Below, one piece after another: positions 35,278-48,505 of a stretch of DNA of 64,000 nt (position 1 is the first letter of the stretch; each line of letters begins with the position of its first letter). The stretch spans positions 29,066,388 to 29,130,387 of the forward strand of contig NC_092670.1 in assembly GCF_964355755.1 (NCBI RefSeq). The letters are read 5' to 3'. Origin of the DNA: Antedon mediterranea (taxonomy: Eukaryota; Animalia; Echinodermata). The position numbers and the translations under genes are program-made. The notes under the pieces are model-generated. The model ran no database searches, had not been told where the DNA came from, and saw nothing but the letters and a program-made list of their open reading frames with translations.

Positions 35278-36199
35278 TTATAACAAATTTATTGAAGCAC
35301 AATTTGATCTTTTATTACATTTTTATGATTATAAGTGTCTATTCAATCACCTTTTGAAAAAAAAAATCCTTTGGGATTAAGGGTCAAATGTCAATATTGA
35401 CCAATCATAGAACGTTCCTATAAAACCAAGTAAAAACTAGTATTTAATAAAAAATTGGATGTTTTCTCATCCTGTTAATCAATCATATGCAATGTAAAAG
35501 AGTGAATACATCATTTCATCAGTTAACATAAGGTCAATTTCATCAGTTGACATAAGGTCAAAGGTCAACATTTTAATACGCGTATTAGTTAACACATAAA
35601 TGCAAAGTTGTCCAAACTATGATATTGATGGTTTTACAAGTAATCAAATTATTTGATCAGTAAAGTTATTTCATTATAATTTTGATTAATATAATTATAA
35701 TACTGTATTTACTCAAATCAGACTTTGATCAGGATAGGAAGCGAATAGGAAGAGATAAGGGGTCAAAGTTCAAAATTGACAAATTATAACAATGTATTAC
35801 AGTATATACATATGTATTATAACCAATTTATTGAAGTTCAATTTGGTCTTTTAATACATTTTTATGGTTATAGGTATCTATTCAGTCGCCTTATAAAACA
35901 AATACTTTGCAATTAAAGGTCAAATGTCAATATTGACCAATCACAAAATTTGCATATAAAACCGAATAACATCTAAAAATATAAGACAAAATGTTATGTT
36001 TCATCATTCTGTTAAGACATCAATCATACACAATAAAAAGAACACATTCATCATAACACCAGTTGACATAGGTCAAATGTCAACATTTGAACAAGTGATA
36101 TACTAAATAATGCAAAGTTATTCAAACTATAAGATCGATTGTTATTTGATCATTGAAGTTATGGTATTTTTTCTAGTGCGAATTATTTTTAATGTATTA

Positions 36200-36838
36200 T
36201 AATAAGAACCACATACGTGATAAATGCAGAACGATAGCTGTTAATTTATACTATATTCGTCAAATCCGCAAATTTCTCTCCAAGGACCTTTGCCAACAAC
36301 TAGTTCAATCGCTCGTGCTGTCACATATTGATTACGCCAATGCATTGTATTATGGTTTACCTGCTAATACCCTTGCTCCAATGAAGAGGTTACTGCACCA
36401 AGCTGCGAAAATAATTGTCAGGAAAGGTCGGTATGACAGTGCAACTAACGCCATGCGATCCTTGCACTGGCTTCCGATGTCTCATAGATTTCAATTCAAA
36501 ATAGCGTGTCTTGTATGGCGTTCGCTTAAAGGTTCCGCTCCAAGTTACCTGAGAGATATTCTTACTGTGCGGAATGTTTCTCGCAGTACTCGTTCAAGCA
36601 CCAGCAATTATAACCTGACAATCCCACGAACTAAACGAAAGACATTTGCTGACCGTTCGTTCGCCGTAGCAGGACCCAAAATTTGGAACAGATTACCAAG
36701 TCACATTAAGCACTTAGACGACTATAATCAGTTTAAAAAACATTTAAAAGCACTATATTTCAATGAATGTTACGATACTAATTGATGTGAAGCGCCGCTG
36801 ATTATAAAATAAATGTTGTATAAATGTGCGCTATACAA

Positions 36839-36870
<32 letters not shown>
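36200..36870 (+). mobile_element. 5'-truncated L2/CR1-group LINE (ORF2 C-terminus plus (TAA)n tail)
   Basis: LVQSLVLSHIDYANALYYGLP...LHWLP...FADRSFAVAGPKIWNRLP. Tail tgtgaagcgcc...gcgctatacaagt(aat)n. Confidence 0.9.
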
Positions 36871-36873
<3 letters not shown>

Positions 36874-37119
36874 GTAAAATAAATAATAAAATTAATATTA
36901 TGACTGTTAAAATGTTATGATGTTAAAATGTTACGCTGACCTTCAATGATTTGCCACTACGCAGTTGCATTTATTAGGGCTACAATATTCGTTTTTGGAA
37001 AATAAATTACTATTCATCAGAACCAGAGAATACCAATTCGTCCACAGGATAGGGCATAGGCAGATCCAGGTGGCCTAACTCAATCCACAACTCACTACAC
37101 AGACAAACCACAGGCTTTT

Positions 37120-38290
37120 ATATAGCCACAGATAGTTTGGCCCATACAGGAAAGAGTTGCCTACACAATGGATTCTAAAATAACCCATATGAATTTGCCC
37201 GAATGAACCCTCTAAGAATGTGGTGTGCTACATAAGGCCCTGTATTAGAAATTAATATGGGGTAAGTTCATACTGTAGATGAACTATAGAATAAAACTAA
37301 ATGTGCACCCTCAATCTTTAAATAACATTTATGGATTTGCCCAAGTGAACCCAAGGGCCGACCTTCATGGGCTTTTCGGGTTTTATATGTGGGGCTACAA
37401 GAGACCCTATATTGGAAATACTGTATGTGGGGTGAAAAAGTGGGTTCATAGAGATATAATAAATATCCCTGTACACCCTTGATCATCCATAAGGAACATA
37501 TATGAATTTGCCCAAATTAACCCAAGGGCCGGTCATCCTCCATGGATGGACATTAAGCCCCATAATGGAAATATAATGGCTGACACTGTGGGTTCATATA
37601 GACAGGCGGGGCCCATAGAATTAAGCTGCCTGTGCACTCTCGATCCTTTAGGAACAATTATGGATTTGCCCAAATCAATCTCCCAAGGGCCGGTCCTCCA
37701 TGGATGGACATTATAAGGCCCATAATGGACATATAAGGGGTGACACTGTGGGTTAATAGACAGGCGGGGCCCATGGAATAAAGCTGCCTATGCACTCTCG
37801 ATCCTTAAGGAACACTTATATGGATTTGCCAAATTAACCAAAGGGCCGGTCCTCCGTGGACATTAAGCCCCATAATGGAAATATAACAATACAGTAATAA
37901 TAATTTTACAATGTGGGTTTATATAGACAGGCACATGGAATAAAGCTGCCTGTGCACTCTCGATTCTTAAGGAACCCATATGGATTTGGCCTAAAATGAA
38001 ACAACAGGTCATCTATTTAGACCATTCTGTGGTTCTCTACTGTATGTTCAGTTCTACATTTGGCCCCTGTATCGGATCAATGCATTTGGCAACATTTAAG
38101 TTACTGTGTTAGAAATATAAAGGGTAACTAAAACTGTGGGTTCCAAGATTAAGCCATGGAAAAAGCCTGTCTGCACCCTCAATCCTTTTAAAAGGAACCC
38201 ATATGGATTTGCCAAAATGAACCAAGGGTAACTTCTGGATTCTCTATGAGCCGTACATTCGGGTTATTTAGAGATACATGGATACCTGAA
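37120..38290. repeat. Degenerate tandem subrepeats (roughly 150-190 bp period) inside the TIR element
   Basis: Recurring atatg(g/a)atttgcccaaa.taacccaagggcc and ctgcctgtgcactctcgatcc motifs. Confidence 0.7.
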
Positions 38291-38439
38291 TGAAATTGCT
38301 CAAATGCTTCTGAAAGACATGGTATTGTATAGTAGTAGTAGTATTCCCCTTCCACACCTCTTTTAATTAAATCCGCCCCGATAGGCTCTTATGTACAGGA
38401 TTAGATTGAATATCTATGCTATGTCGTTATTTAGATGAG

Positions 38440-39048
38440 AAAAACAGGTCAAAGGTTAAAATTACAGAAACATATGTCTTTCAGTCATTTTTTGAAAAAA
38501 ATGTTGCATTATGGCAAGTATAACCATATATATGAATAATTTGACACCAAAATTGGCTCCCTACGACAAATATCTATTAAGTTATGTTATTCAATTATGT
38601 CAAAGGTCAATAACCACACTTCCGGTCATTTTCAAGCAATATCATCTGTTGCACTGAATATAAATGTATATCTTGGGAACAATTTGCTCCTATTTTTAAT
38701 TCTCTCTGACCTGCTGTTACTCTTAGATAAAGCGAAAAGAGGTCAAAGTTGAAAAAATGGGGGTTCCGGTCAATTTTACAAAGAAAGTTCTGTTAGAGCT
38801 AATATAAACATATACATTGTGAACAATTTGACACCAAAATTATCTCATTACGTCCACTATTTCCAGAGATATATCATGTTTTATAAAAAAAAATAGCGGT
38901 CATTTTGTTTATGCTAATTATACAAATTGCTCAATGCTGACAGCCGTCCAGTAAAAAAAATCTTCATTCTGATGGTATCGCGAATCAAAATCCATCAAAA
39001 AAAAAATATAGAAAACATTGCAAGGTTAAACCCTTGGCTGCCGGACTA
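38440..39048. mobile_element. Solo end of a second Academ-type element
   Basis: Ends ...cccttggctgccggacta (reverse complement TAGTCCGGCAGCC) and truncates the host TIR. Shares tttgacaccaaaatt and ggtcaaagg motifs with the 58478-62532 element. No partner end found. Confidence 0.5.
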
Positions 39049-39382
39049 TAGGTACGTTCTATGATTGGTCAATATTGACATTTGACCCTTAATCACAAAG
39101 GGTTTTTTTTTTCTTAAGATGATTGAATAGATACCTATAATCATAAAAATGTAATAAAAGACCAAATTGTGCTTCAATAAATTTGTTATAATACATAATT
39201 ATACATAATAAATTGTTGTAATTGGTCAATTTTGAACTTTGACCCCTTATATCTCGAAAACGCTTCCTATCCTGATCGATTACCTTCCATATTCGTAATC
39301 TACGGAAAATTCTGGTCTAGAAAAGTTGGATGGCAATTTGTCCCCTTTCGGGTGGTGACACCCCCCTCCTGCCACCGGACTA

Positions 39383-42300
39383 TAATATCTGTATTAAAGA
39401 TTCAAACACTTTCCAAGATAATGTCTGTATTTAAAATTCAACCACTTACCTAGATAATGTCTGTATTAACCACTTGCCCAGATAATATCTATTAAAGATT
39501 CAACAACTTTCCAAGATAATGTCTGTATTTAAAATTCAACCACTTGCCTAGGTAATGTTAGAGATTCAATCACTTGCCCAGATAATATTTGTATTAAAGA
39601 CTCAACCACTTGCCCAGATAATGTCTGTATTAAAGATTCAACCACATGCCTAGACAATGTCCCTATTGGGGATTTAACCACTTGCCCAGATAATATCTTA
39701 TTTAAAATTCAATAACTTGCTCAGATAATATCTGTATTAAAGATTCAGCCACTTTCCTAGATAATATCTGTATTAGAGATTCAAGCACTTGCTAATACAA
39801 TATCTGTATTCAAGATTCAACCATTTGCCCAGATGTCTGTATTGGAGATTCAACCACTTGCTCAAGATAGTCTGTATTGTAGATTCAACCATTTTCCCAG
39901 ATAATATATGTATTGGAGATTCAACAACTTCCACATGCCCATTTAGTCTGTATTAGAGATTCAACCACTTTCACAGATAATATATGTATTGAAGATTCAA
40001 CCACTTGCCTAGATAATTTCTGTATTAAAGATTCAACCACTTGCCCATGTAATGTTTGTGTTGGAAATCCAACCACTTTCGAGATAATATCTATATTGGG
40101 GATTCAACCACATGCCCAGATAATATCTGTATTAAATATTCAACAACTTGCCCAGGTAATATCTGTTTTTAAAATTCAACCACTTGCCCAGATAATATCT
40201 GTATTAGAGATTCAACCACTTGCCCAGATAATATCTCTATTAAAGATTTAACCACTTTCCTAGATAATAGCTGTATTAGAGATTCAACCATTTGCCCAGA
40301 TAATGTCTGTATTGGAGATTTAACCACTTGCCTAGATAATGTCTGTATTAAAGATTCAACCACTGGCCCAGATAATGTCTGTATTAGAGATTCAACCACT
40401 TGCCCAGAAAAATCTGTATTGGAGATTCAACCACTTGCCCAGATACTATATATATATTAAAGAACCAACCAACCACTTTCCCAGATATTATCTGTATTTT
40501 AAATTCAACCACTTGCTCAGATAATATATATAATAAAGATTCAACCACATGCCCAGATAGTCCGTATTGGAGATTCAACCACTTTCCCAGAAAATATATG
40601 TATTGGGGATTCAACCACTTGCCCAGGTAATATCTGTATTTAAAATTCAACCACTTGCCCAGATAATATCTGTATTAAAGATTCAACACTTTCCTAAATA
40701 ATATTTGTATTTGAGATTCAAGCACTTTTCCATATAATATCTGTATTAAAGATTCAACCACTTGCCAAGATAACATCTTTATTGGATATTCAACCACTTG
40801 CCCAGATAATGTCAGTATTGGGGATTTAACCACTTGCCCAGATAATATCTGTATTTAAAATTCAACCACTTGCCCAGATAATATCTGTATCGGGGATTCA
40901 ACCACTTGCCTAGATAATGTCTGTGTTGGAGATTCAACCACTTGCCTAGATAATATCTGTATCTAAAATTCAACCACTTGCTCAGATAATATCTATAATA
41001 AAGATTCAACCACATGCCCAGATAGTCTGTATTAGAGATTCAACCACTTTTCCAGATAATATATGTATTGGGGATTCAACCACTTGCCCCGGTAATATCT
41101 GTTTTTAAAATTCAACCACTTGCCCAGATAATATCTGTATTAGAGATTCAACCACTTGCCCAGATAATATCTCTATTAAAGATTCAACCACTTGCCCAGA
41201 TAATGTATGTATTGGAGATTTAACCACTTGCCTAGATAATGTCTGTATTAAAGATTCAACCACTTGCCCAGAAAATGTTTGTATTTGAGATTCAACCACT
41301 CACCCAGAAAAATCTGTATTGGAGATTCAACTACTTGCCCATATAATATCTATATTAAAGAATCAACCACTTTCCTAGATAATAGCTGTATTAGAGATTC
41401 AAACACTTGCCAAGATAATATCTCTATTGGAGATTGAACCCCTTGCCTAGATAATGTCTATATTGTAGATTCAACCACTTGCCTAGATAATATCTATATT
41501 AGAGATTCAACCACTTGCCTAGATAATGTCTGTATTAAAGATTCAACCACTTTCCAAGATAACGTCTTTATTGGAGATTCAACCACATGCCTAGACAATG
41601 TCTCTATTGGGGATTAACCACTTGCCCAGATAATATCTTTATTTAAAATTCAACAACTTGCCCAGATAATATCTGTATTAAAGATTCAACCACTTTCCTA
41701 GATAATATCTGTATTAGAAATTCAAGCACTTGCTCATACAATATCTGTATTCAAGATTCAACCATTTGCCCAGATAATATATGTATTGGGGATTCAACCA
41801 CTTGCCCAGATAATGTCTGTATTAAAGATTCAACCACTTTCCTAGATAATAGCTGTATTAGAGATTTAACCACTTGCCTAGATAATGTCTGTATTGGAGA
41901 TTTAACCACTTGCCTAGATAATGTCTGTATTCAAGATTCAACCACTTGCCCAGATAATATATGTATTGGGGATTCAACCACTTGCCCAGATAATGTCTGT
42001 ATTAAAGATTCAACCACTTTCCTAGATAATAGCTGTATTAGAGATTTAACCACTTGCCTAGATAATGTCTGTATTGGAGATTTAACCACTTGCCTAGATA
42101 ATGTCTGTATTCAAGATTCAACCACTTGCCCATATAATATCTGTATTGGAGATTTAACCACTTGCCTAGATAATATCTATAATAAAGATTCAACCACATG
42201 CCCATATAGTCTGTATTGGAGATTCAACCACTTTCCCAGATAATATATGTATTAAAGATTCAACCACTTGCCCAGATAATATCTGTATTTAAGATTCAAC

Positions 42301-44580
42301 CACTTGCCTAGATAATATCTATAATAAAGATTCAACCATTTTCCCAGATAATATATGTATTAAAGATTCAACCACTTACCTAGATAATGTCTGTGTTGGA
42401 GATTCAACCACTTGCACAGATAATATCTGTATTTAAAATTCAACCAGTTGCCCAGATAATCTCTGTATTAAAGATTCAACCACTTGCCCATGTAATGTTT
42501 TTGTTGGAAATCCAACCACTTTTGAGATAATATCTATATTGGGGATTCAACCACTTGCCCAAATAATATCTGTATTAAATATTCAACCACTTGCCCAGAT
42601 AAATGTCTGTATTGGGGATTTAACCACTTGACAGATAATATCTATATTGGGAATTCAACCACTTGCCCAGGTAATATCTGTATTAAAGAATCAACCACTT
42701 TCCTAGATAATAGCTGTATTAGAGATTCAAACACTTGCCAAGATAATATCTCTATTGGAGATTGAACCCCTTGCCTATATAATGTCTATATTGTAGATTC
42801 AACCACTTGCCTAGATAATATCTATATTAGAGATTCAACCACTTGCCTAGATAATGTCTGTATTAAAGATTCAACCACTTTCCAAGATAACGTCTTTATT
42901 GGAGATTCAACCACATGCCTTGACAATGTCTCTATTGGAGATTTAACCACTTGCCCAGATAATTTCTTTATTTAAAATTCAACAACTTGCCCAGATAATA
43001 TCTGTATTAAAGATTCAACCACTTTCCTAGATAATATCTGTATTAGAGATTCAAGAACTTGCTCATACAATATCTGTATTCAAGATTCAACCATTTACCC
43101 AGATGTCTGTTGGTCAAGATAGTCTGTATTGGAGATTCAACCATTTTCCCAGATAATATATGTATTGGGGATTCAACCACTTGCCCAGATAATGTCTGTA
43201 TTAAAGATTCAACCAATTTCCTAGATAATAGCTGTATTAAAGATTTAACCAATTGCCTAGATTGGAGATTTAACCACTTGCCTAGATAATGTCTGTATTA
43301 AAGATTCAACCACTTGCCCAGATAATATCTGTATTGGAGATTCAACCACTTGCCTAGATAATATCTAGAATAAAGATTCAACCACATGCCCATATAGTCT
43401 GTATTGGAGATTCAACCACTTTCCCAGATAATATATGTATTAAAGATTCAACCACTTGCCCAGATAATATCTGTATTGGAGATTCAACCACTTGCCTAGA
43501 TAATATCTATAATAAAGATTCAACCATTTTCCCAGAAAATATATGTATTAAAGATTCAACCACTTACCTAGATAATGTCTGTGTTGGAGATTCAACCACT
43601 TGCCCAGATAATATCTGTATTTAAAATTCAACCAGTTGCCCAGATAATCTCTGTATTAAAGATTCAACCACTTGCCCATGTAATGTTTTTGTTGGAAATC
43701 CAACCACTTTTGAGATAATATCTATATTGGGGATTCAACCACTTGCCCAGATAATATCTGTATTAAATATTCAACCACTTGCCTAGATAATGTCTGTATT
43801 AAAGATTCAACCACTTGCCCAGATAATATCTGTATTGGAGATTCAACCACTTGCCTAGATAATATCTAGAATAAAGATTCAACCACATGCCCATATAGTC
43901 TGTATTGGAGATTCAACCACTTTCCCAGATAATATATGTATTAAAGATTCAACCACTTGCCCAGATAATATCTGTATTGGAGATTCAACCACTTGCCTAG
44001 ATAATATCTATAATAAAGATTCAACCATTTTCCCAGATAATATATGTATTAAAGATTCAACCACTTACCTAGATAATGTCTGTGTTGGAGATTCAACCAC
44101 TTGCCCAGATAATATCTGTATTTAAAATTCAACCAGTTGTCCAGATAATCTCTGTATTAAAGATTCAACCACTTGCCCATGTAATGTTTTTGTTGGAAAT
44201 CCAACCACTTTTGAGATAATATCTATATTGGGGATTCAACCACTTGCCCAGATAATATCTGTATTAAATATTCAACCACTTGCCCAGATAAATGTCTGTA
44301 TTGGGGATTTAACCACTTGACAGATCATATCTGTATTGGGAATTCAACCACTTGCCCAGATGTCTGTTGGAGATTCAACCACTTGCCCAGGTAATATCTG
44401 TATTGGTGATTAAACCACTTGCCCAGATAATGTCTGTTGGAGATTCAACCACTCCCAGATAATGTCTGCATTGACGATTATACCACTTGCCCAGATAATA
44501 TCTATATTAAATAGTCAACCACTTGCCCAGATAAATGTCTGTATTGAGGATTCAACCACTTGCCCAACTAATATCTGCAT
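39383..44580. repeat. 36-bp satellite, main array (~5.2 kb) with higher-order structure
   Basis: Same unit as 33915-34255. A diagnostic variant unit (catgtaatgttt.tgttggaaatccaacc) recurs at about 40046, 42489, 43677 and 44178. Confidence 0.97.
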
Positions 44581-44682
44581 TTTTATAGGATTTTATTTTT
44601 TGATGATCCAACAAATAAATGGCATGCACCTTGGTTTGTTCTGTGAAACCTTTTGTCTGCATTGACAATTCAACTCCTTTAT

Positions 44683-45172
44683 ATTTATTTATTTATTTAT
44701 TCTTTCTTTTGACTGGATTGCATTTTCAGTAACGCAGTACTGCTTTTCAAAATGGTCCAGTTATAAGTTTAAAAGTAAATAAAAATTTTAACATAAATAC
44801 ACAGTAGGCCTAATTTAAAAGATATATACAGAACAGTTAAAAACAAATATAATATAAAAAATAAAATATAAAAAAATGTAGGATCACTTGGATGACATAA
44901 GAGTTGCTATATTTTGAGTTTATAAATATGTTTCCCAGTTACTTTTGTTCTAGTTTCAGTTGGTAAAAGATTCCATTCCTTTGTTGCTCTGTATTTGAAG
45001 GTTCTTTTACCTTGAGCAATTTTCCAATTTGGTGTAATTAATGTTTTACAATTTTGGCTACGGGTGCATTTGGGGTGAAGGGAGCCATTAAACTTAAACA
45101 TTGAGGATAAATATGATGGTGAATGGCCATTAATGCATTTGAAAGTTGTAAGTAGTAGATGTTCCCTCCATC
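44683..45172 (-). mobile_element. 5'-truncated L2/Crack-like LINE 3' end
   Basis: TTFKCINGHSPSYLSSMF...TRSQ...GKRTFKYRATKEWNLLP, then a 3' UTR and (AAAT)n tail on the minus strand. Confidence 0.8.
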
Positions 45173-47384
45173 TGCTTGCCCAGATAATGATGATAATTTC
45201 AGTTTGCAAAAGTAATCTCGAAAAAAAGCCTACCCAAGAATACTAATAAAAGAACAAGTCCATGGGCTTCTTCTCGAGATTTTACGATATGTGTCAGTGT
45301 ATTTAATAATTTACTTTGACATCAATTTCATTTTGCCATGAAATTCTTTAGCTGTTGGCACTCATGGTTGATCTTAACTCTTTTCCTAAGTAACTTTTCT
45401 CTATTTTATCTTCAACTTCATTTAACAACTTATCAATAATCCTTCTGCCTTTTCAAGTATTTAGTTTTAGCTGCAAGTTCCAGTCTTCTGACACTTATGA
45501 CCAAATTGATGATCATAAAACGATGTTTTATCGTAGTTATGACATGTTATGTTACGATTAAATCAACGGAAGTAGGATTATGTTGTTGAAGATTTACTGT
45601 AGTATCAGTATGCATTTGCTAGTCAATGATTCTCAAGTGTTGTTAGCCAATAGATCTTGGTCTTATGATTGAATCATCAAGTCACACTCAAAATGCTCAT
45701 GTTGTAAGTGTCTTGTGTGTGTCAACGACATACTTATGAAATACATATTTACATAATTATTTTAAACACATATGTTGTATGACGTCTGGAAATAAGATTT
45801 GTAATCACACAGCTCAAAACCAGTATCAATTGGGGGTTTTATAATTATATATTTAAGATCGGTTGTTCTTTTTTTAAAGGACCCATTTCCATATTCACTT
45901 GCTAAGTACAATGGTGTCCTAATGTTACTAAAGGTTATTTTAGTGTAGATAACTTTTGCCAAAAACTTTGTGTAACACAAATAGTTTAAATTAATGAATT
46001 TATTTTTATGTATTTCCATTTTTTTATGTTTTTGTTTGGAGAAGTAACGACAACAAATTTAACTTAACTTAGGCGAATCCTGTATTGTGTATAGAGGGGG
46101 AGGCTGAATTGGAACGCCACGTTTCGTCACAAAATATTGACTGGGGGCCTATTTTAAACACGAAACAGACAAGACAAAATAAATGAAAATGAAAATGAAA
46201 TGAAAGATCCTACAATTCCCATTAAATTTTTTACCATATTTACTTCTGTTTGTTAGATAATGACTTTTTCTATCAAATATTAAACTATAACAGAGATAAT
46301 CTCTTACATAACAGATGTGCTATGCCAATCAATATCACTAGGTAGCTGGAGGAAACCGTTGCAACATCCAAATGTTGAATTTTGCTGCTAGTAAGGTATT
46401 TACCAGACACATGAATGTACATTCAGTTAAATATGCAAGTCATCACAAATACAGGTGAACAATTTATTCTGAAACACAATGGATTATGCAAATAATATAT
46501 ACCTGCTCTAAATTAGCATCAAACTTAAAAATAACACATTACTTTTAGTGCTTTACCATAAAATACAAGTAAATGGATCTGCTATGATCTCAAATGGAAG
46601 AAGAGTCAGTCACTGATAATTTGTATGAAAGGTACATGAAAGTTAAATCATCTTTGAGGTCTATAGGCGGCTCAGTATTCTAGTCTACAAAGGTGGTATA
46701 AGTGTGTCTCCATTCAAAATCTGTGTGGCTAGCAGAAGGGTGACTTTAGCCTCTCGTTCCCCAACCACTGCTTTTGAGACAGGAAAATTTCAATGTCATG
46801 AAAGTGTCTTGGTGTTGCCGCAAGAAATCTCTCATCTCTTTTTATCCTTATGGGCCACAAATTAAAACTAGAAAGCCACTCCGAGAGTGCATACCTCCGC
46901 CTACTGTAAAATTATCCTACATAAGATTCCTCTGGGAAAAAATATATATATATTTGTGTGTGTCTTAATGCTGTTTGTGATTAGGCTAATTTCACTACAA
47001 GCATGTGTATGTGAGTTTGGCGTAATGGTTATGTAACAAGCCTTTCAATTAACAATAGTTTCAGTTGACTAACAATAGAATACCAACGCGAAAATCAGTG
47101 AATTTGAAAAGAAATCGGGTTTTTAAACTACTCGCATCAACAAACGTGCACATTACATCAAATTATGTTTTAAAATTACAACTCTTGCGTCTTGTACAAA
47201 AATGAAGTTTTTTGGACAAGTAGTCTTGCAATTTCAGTTTACTTGTTACTTTAAGACTGCTCGCCGGATTTTGACAAATTCTATCCTATCTTTTAACACT
47301 AGCAGGTCTGAAAAGTATACTAAAAAGTTAATTGTTAAATAAAAACCTGGCTGAATTAATAAATTAGTCTTCTTTAAATTTAGT

Positions 47385-48505
47385 ATATGTTTGATATTTG
47401 GTCATCGTGAATATCCAAATAACTATGCTAGAATATTATTTTTAGATTTTTCTGCAGCGTTCAATACAATTCAGCCTCATTTACTTACAGATAAATGATT
47501 AAAGTTAGGAATAAATCCACGATTAAATCTCTGGATTTCTGATTTCCTAAATGAACGAACACAGATTGTTAAGTTTAGCCTAGGGGTAGCATATCTAAGC
47601 AGTTAACTTGTAATACAGGTGCACCACAGGGATGCGTTCTCTCACCCTTACTTTTTTCATTATATTCTGATTTTTATAGTGATATTGACCCAAGTTACTT
47701 GCCTAGTTGGTTTAATTTCAAATAATAATACATCCCTGTTTAATGAATATGTTGGAACATTTTGTAGTCTGGTGTAAACAAAATTTTCTTGAACTAAATG
47801 CCAAAAAAACTAAAAAGGTTATTGTCGATTTTAGAAGGAAAAATAAAACTAATCATGTAAATATTGAAATCGATAATGAAATTGTTGAAATAGTAGAAAG
47901 TCATAAGTACTTGGGATTAATAATTGATAATAAACTAAATTGGGAGAGCAACACTAAAGAACTCTGTACCAAGGCTAATAAGAGAATGTACTTTATATAC
48001 AAAATGAAACGGTTTAATGTTAGTTCTCATCTCATTCATATGTTTTATTCCTCTGTTGTTCAATCAATCATTTCTTATTGTATTATTGTTTGGTTTTCTC
48101 ATATCAATGTAAACAGTAAAAGTCAAATTCAGAGATTAGTAAACAAGGCCAGCAGAGTTATCGGTGTAGAAGTGAAATCTTTAGATGAAATGTTTAATAT
48201 ATTCATACTTAAGAAATTTGACACAATTATGCAAGACCCATCACACCCATTACATTCAGACATCATTATAAGTAGATCAGGAAGGGTTAGACTGATACAG
48301 GAAAAAATATCCACAAACCGTTTCAGATTTTCACCAATGTACATAGCATGCAATTTATTTAACAAAAACTTTTCAAGATAGTCACTTGTATCATTCGTAT
48401 TTATTTATATAGTTATCACATCGTATTATTTATTTTACTCAGGTACAAAACATATCTTGAAATTGTTAACAATTTTGACAATAAAGTTATCTTGTATCTT
48501 GTATC
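47385..48505 (+). mobile_element. Degenerate LINE RT fragment (Rex1/Babar-like)
   Basis: ARILFLDFSAAFNTIQPHLL, NTGAPQGCVLSPLLFSLY, WCKQNFLELNAKKTKKVIVDFRRK, KYLGLIIDNKLNW, DPSHPLH, with frameshifts and stops. Tail aataaag(ttatcttg/tatcttg)n. Confidence 0.85.

Larger units (their letters stand above)
34256..39382. mobile_element. Non-autonomous long-TIR element (Academ-type TAG...CTA termini, TAA TSD) with nested insertions
   Basis: ga TAA|tagtccggtgtcaggagggg ... cccctcctgccaccggacta|TAA tatct restores one satellite unit. The inverted arms are at least 330 bp (34256-35420 minus the Helitron, versus 39049-39382). Confidence 0.8.

Noticed and set aside
39383-44580. 36-bp repeats as a CRISPR array or a repetitive protein (IQPLAQIISVLE)n
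   Set aside because: The units are directly adjacent with no unique spacers, the context is eukaryotic and there are no cas genes. Frequent indels and stops break every frame.
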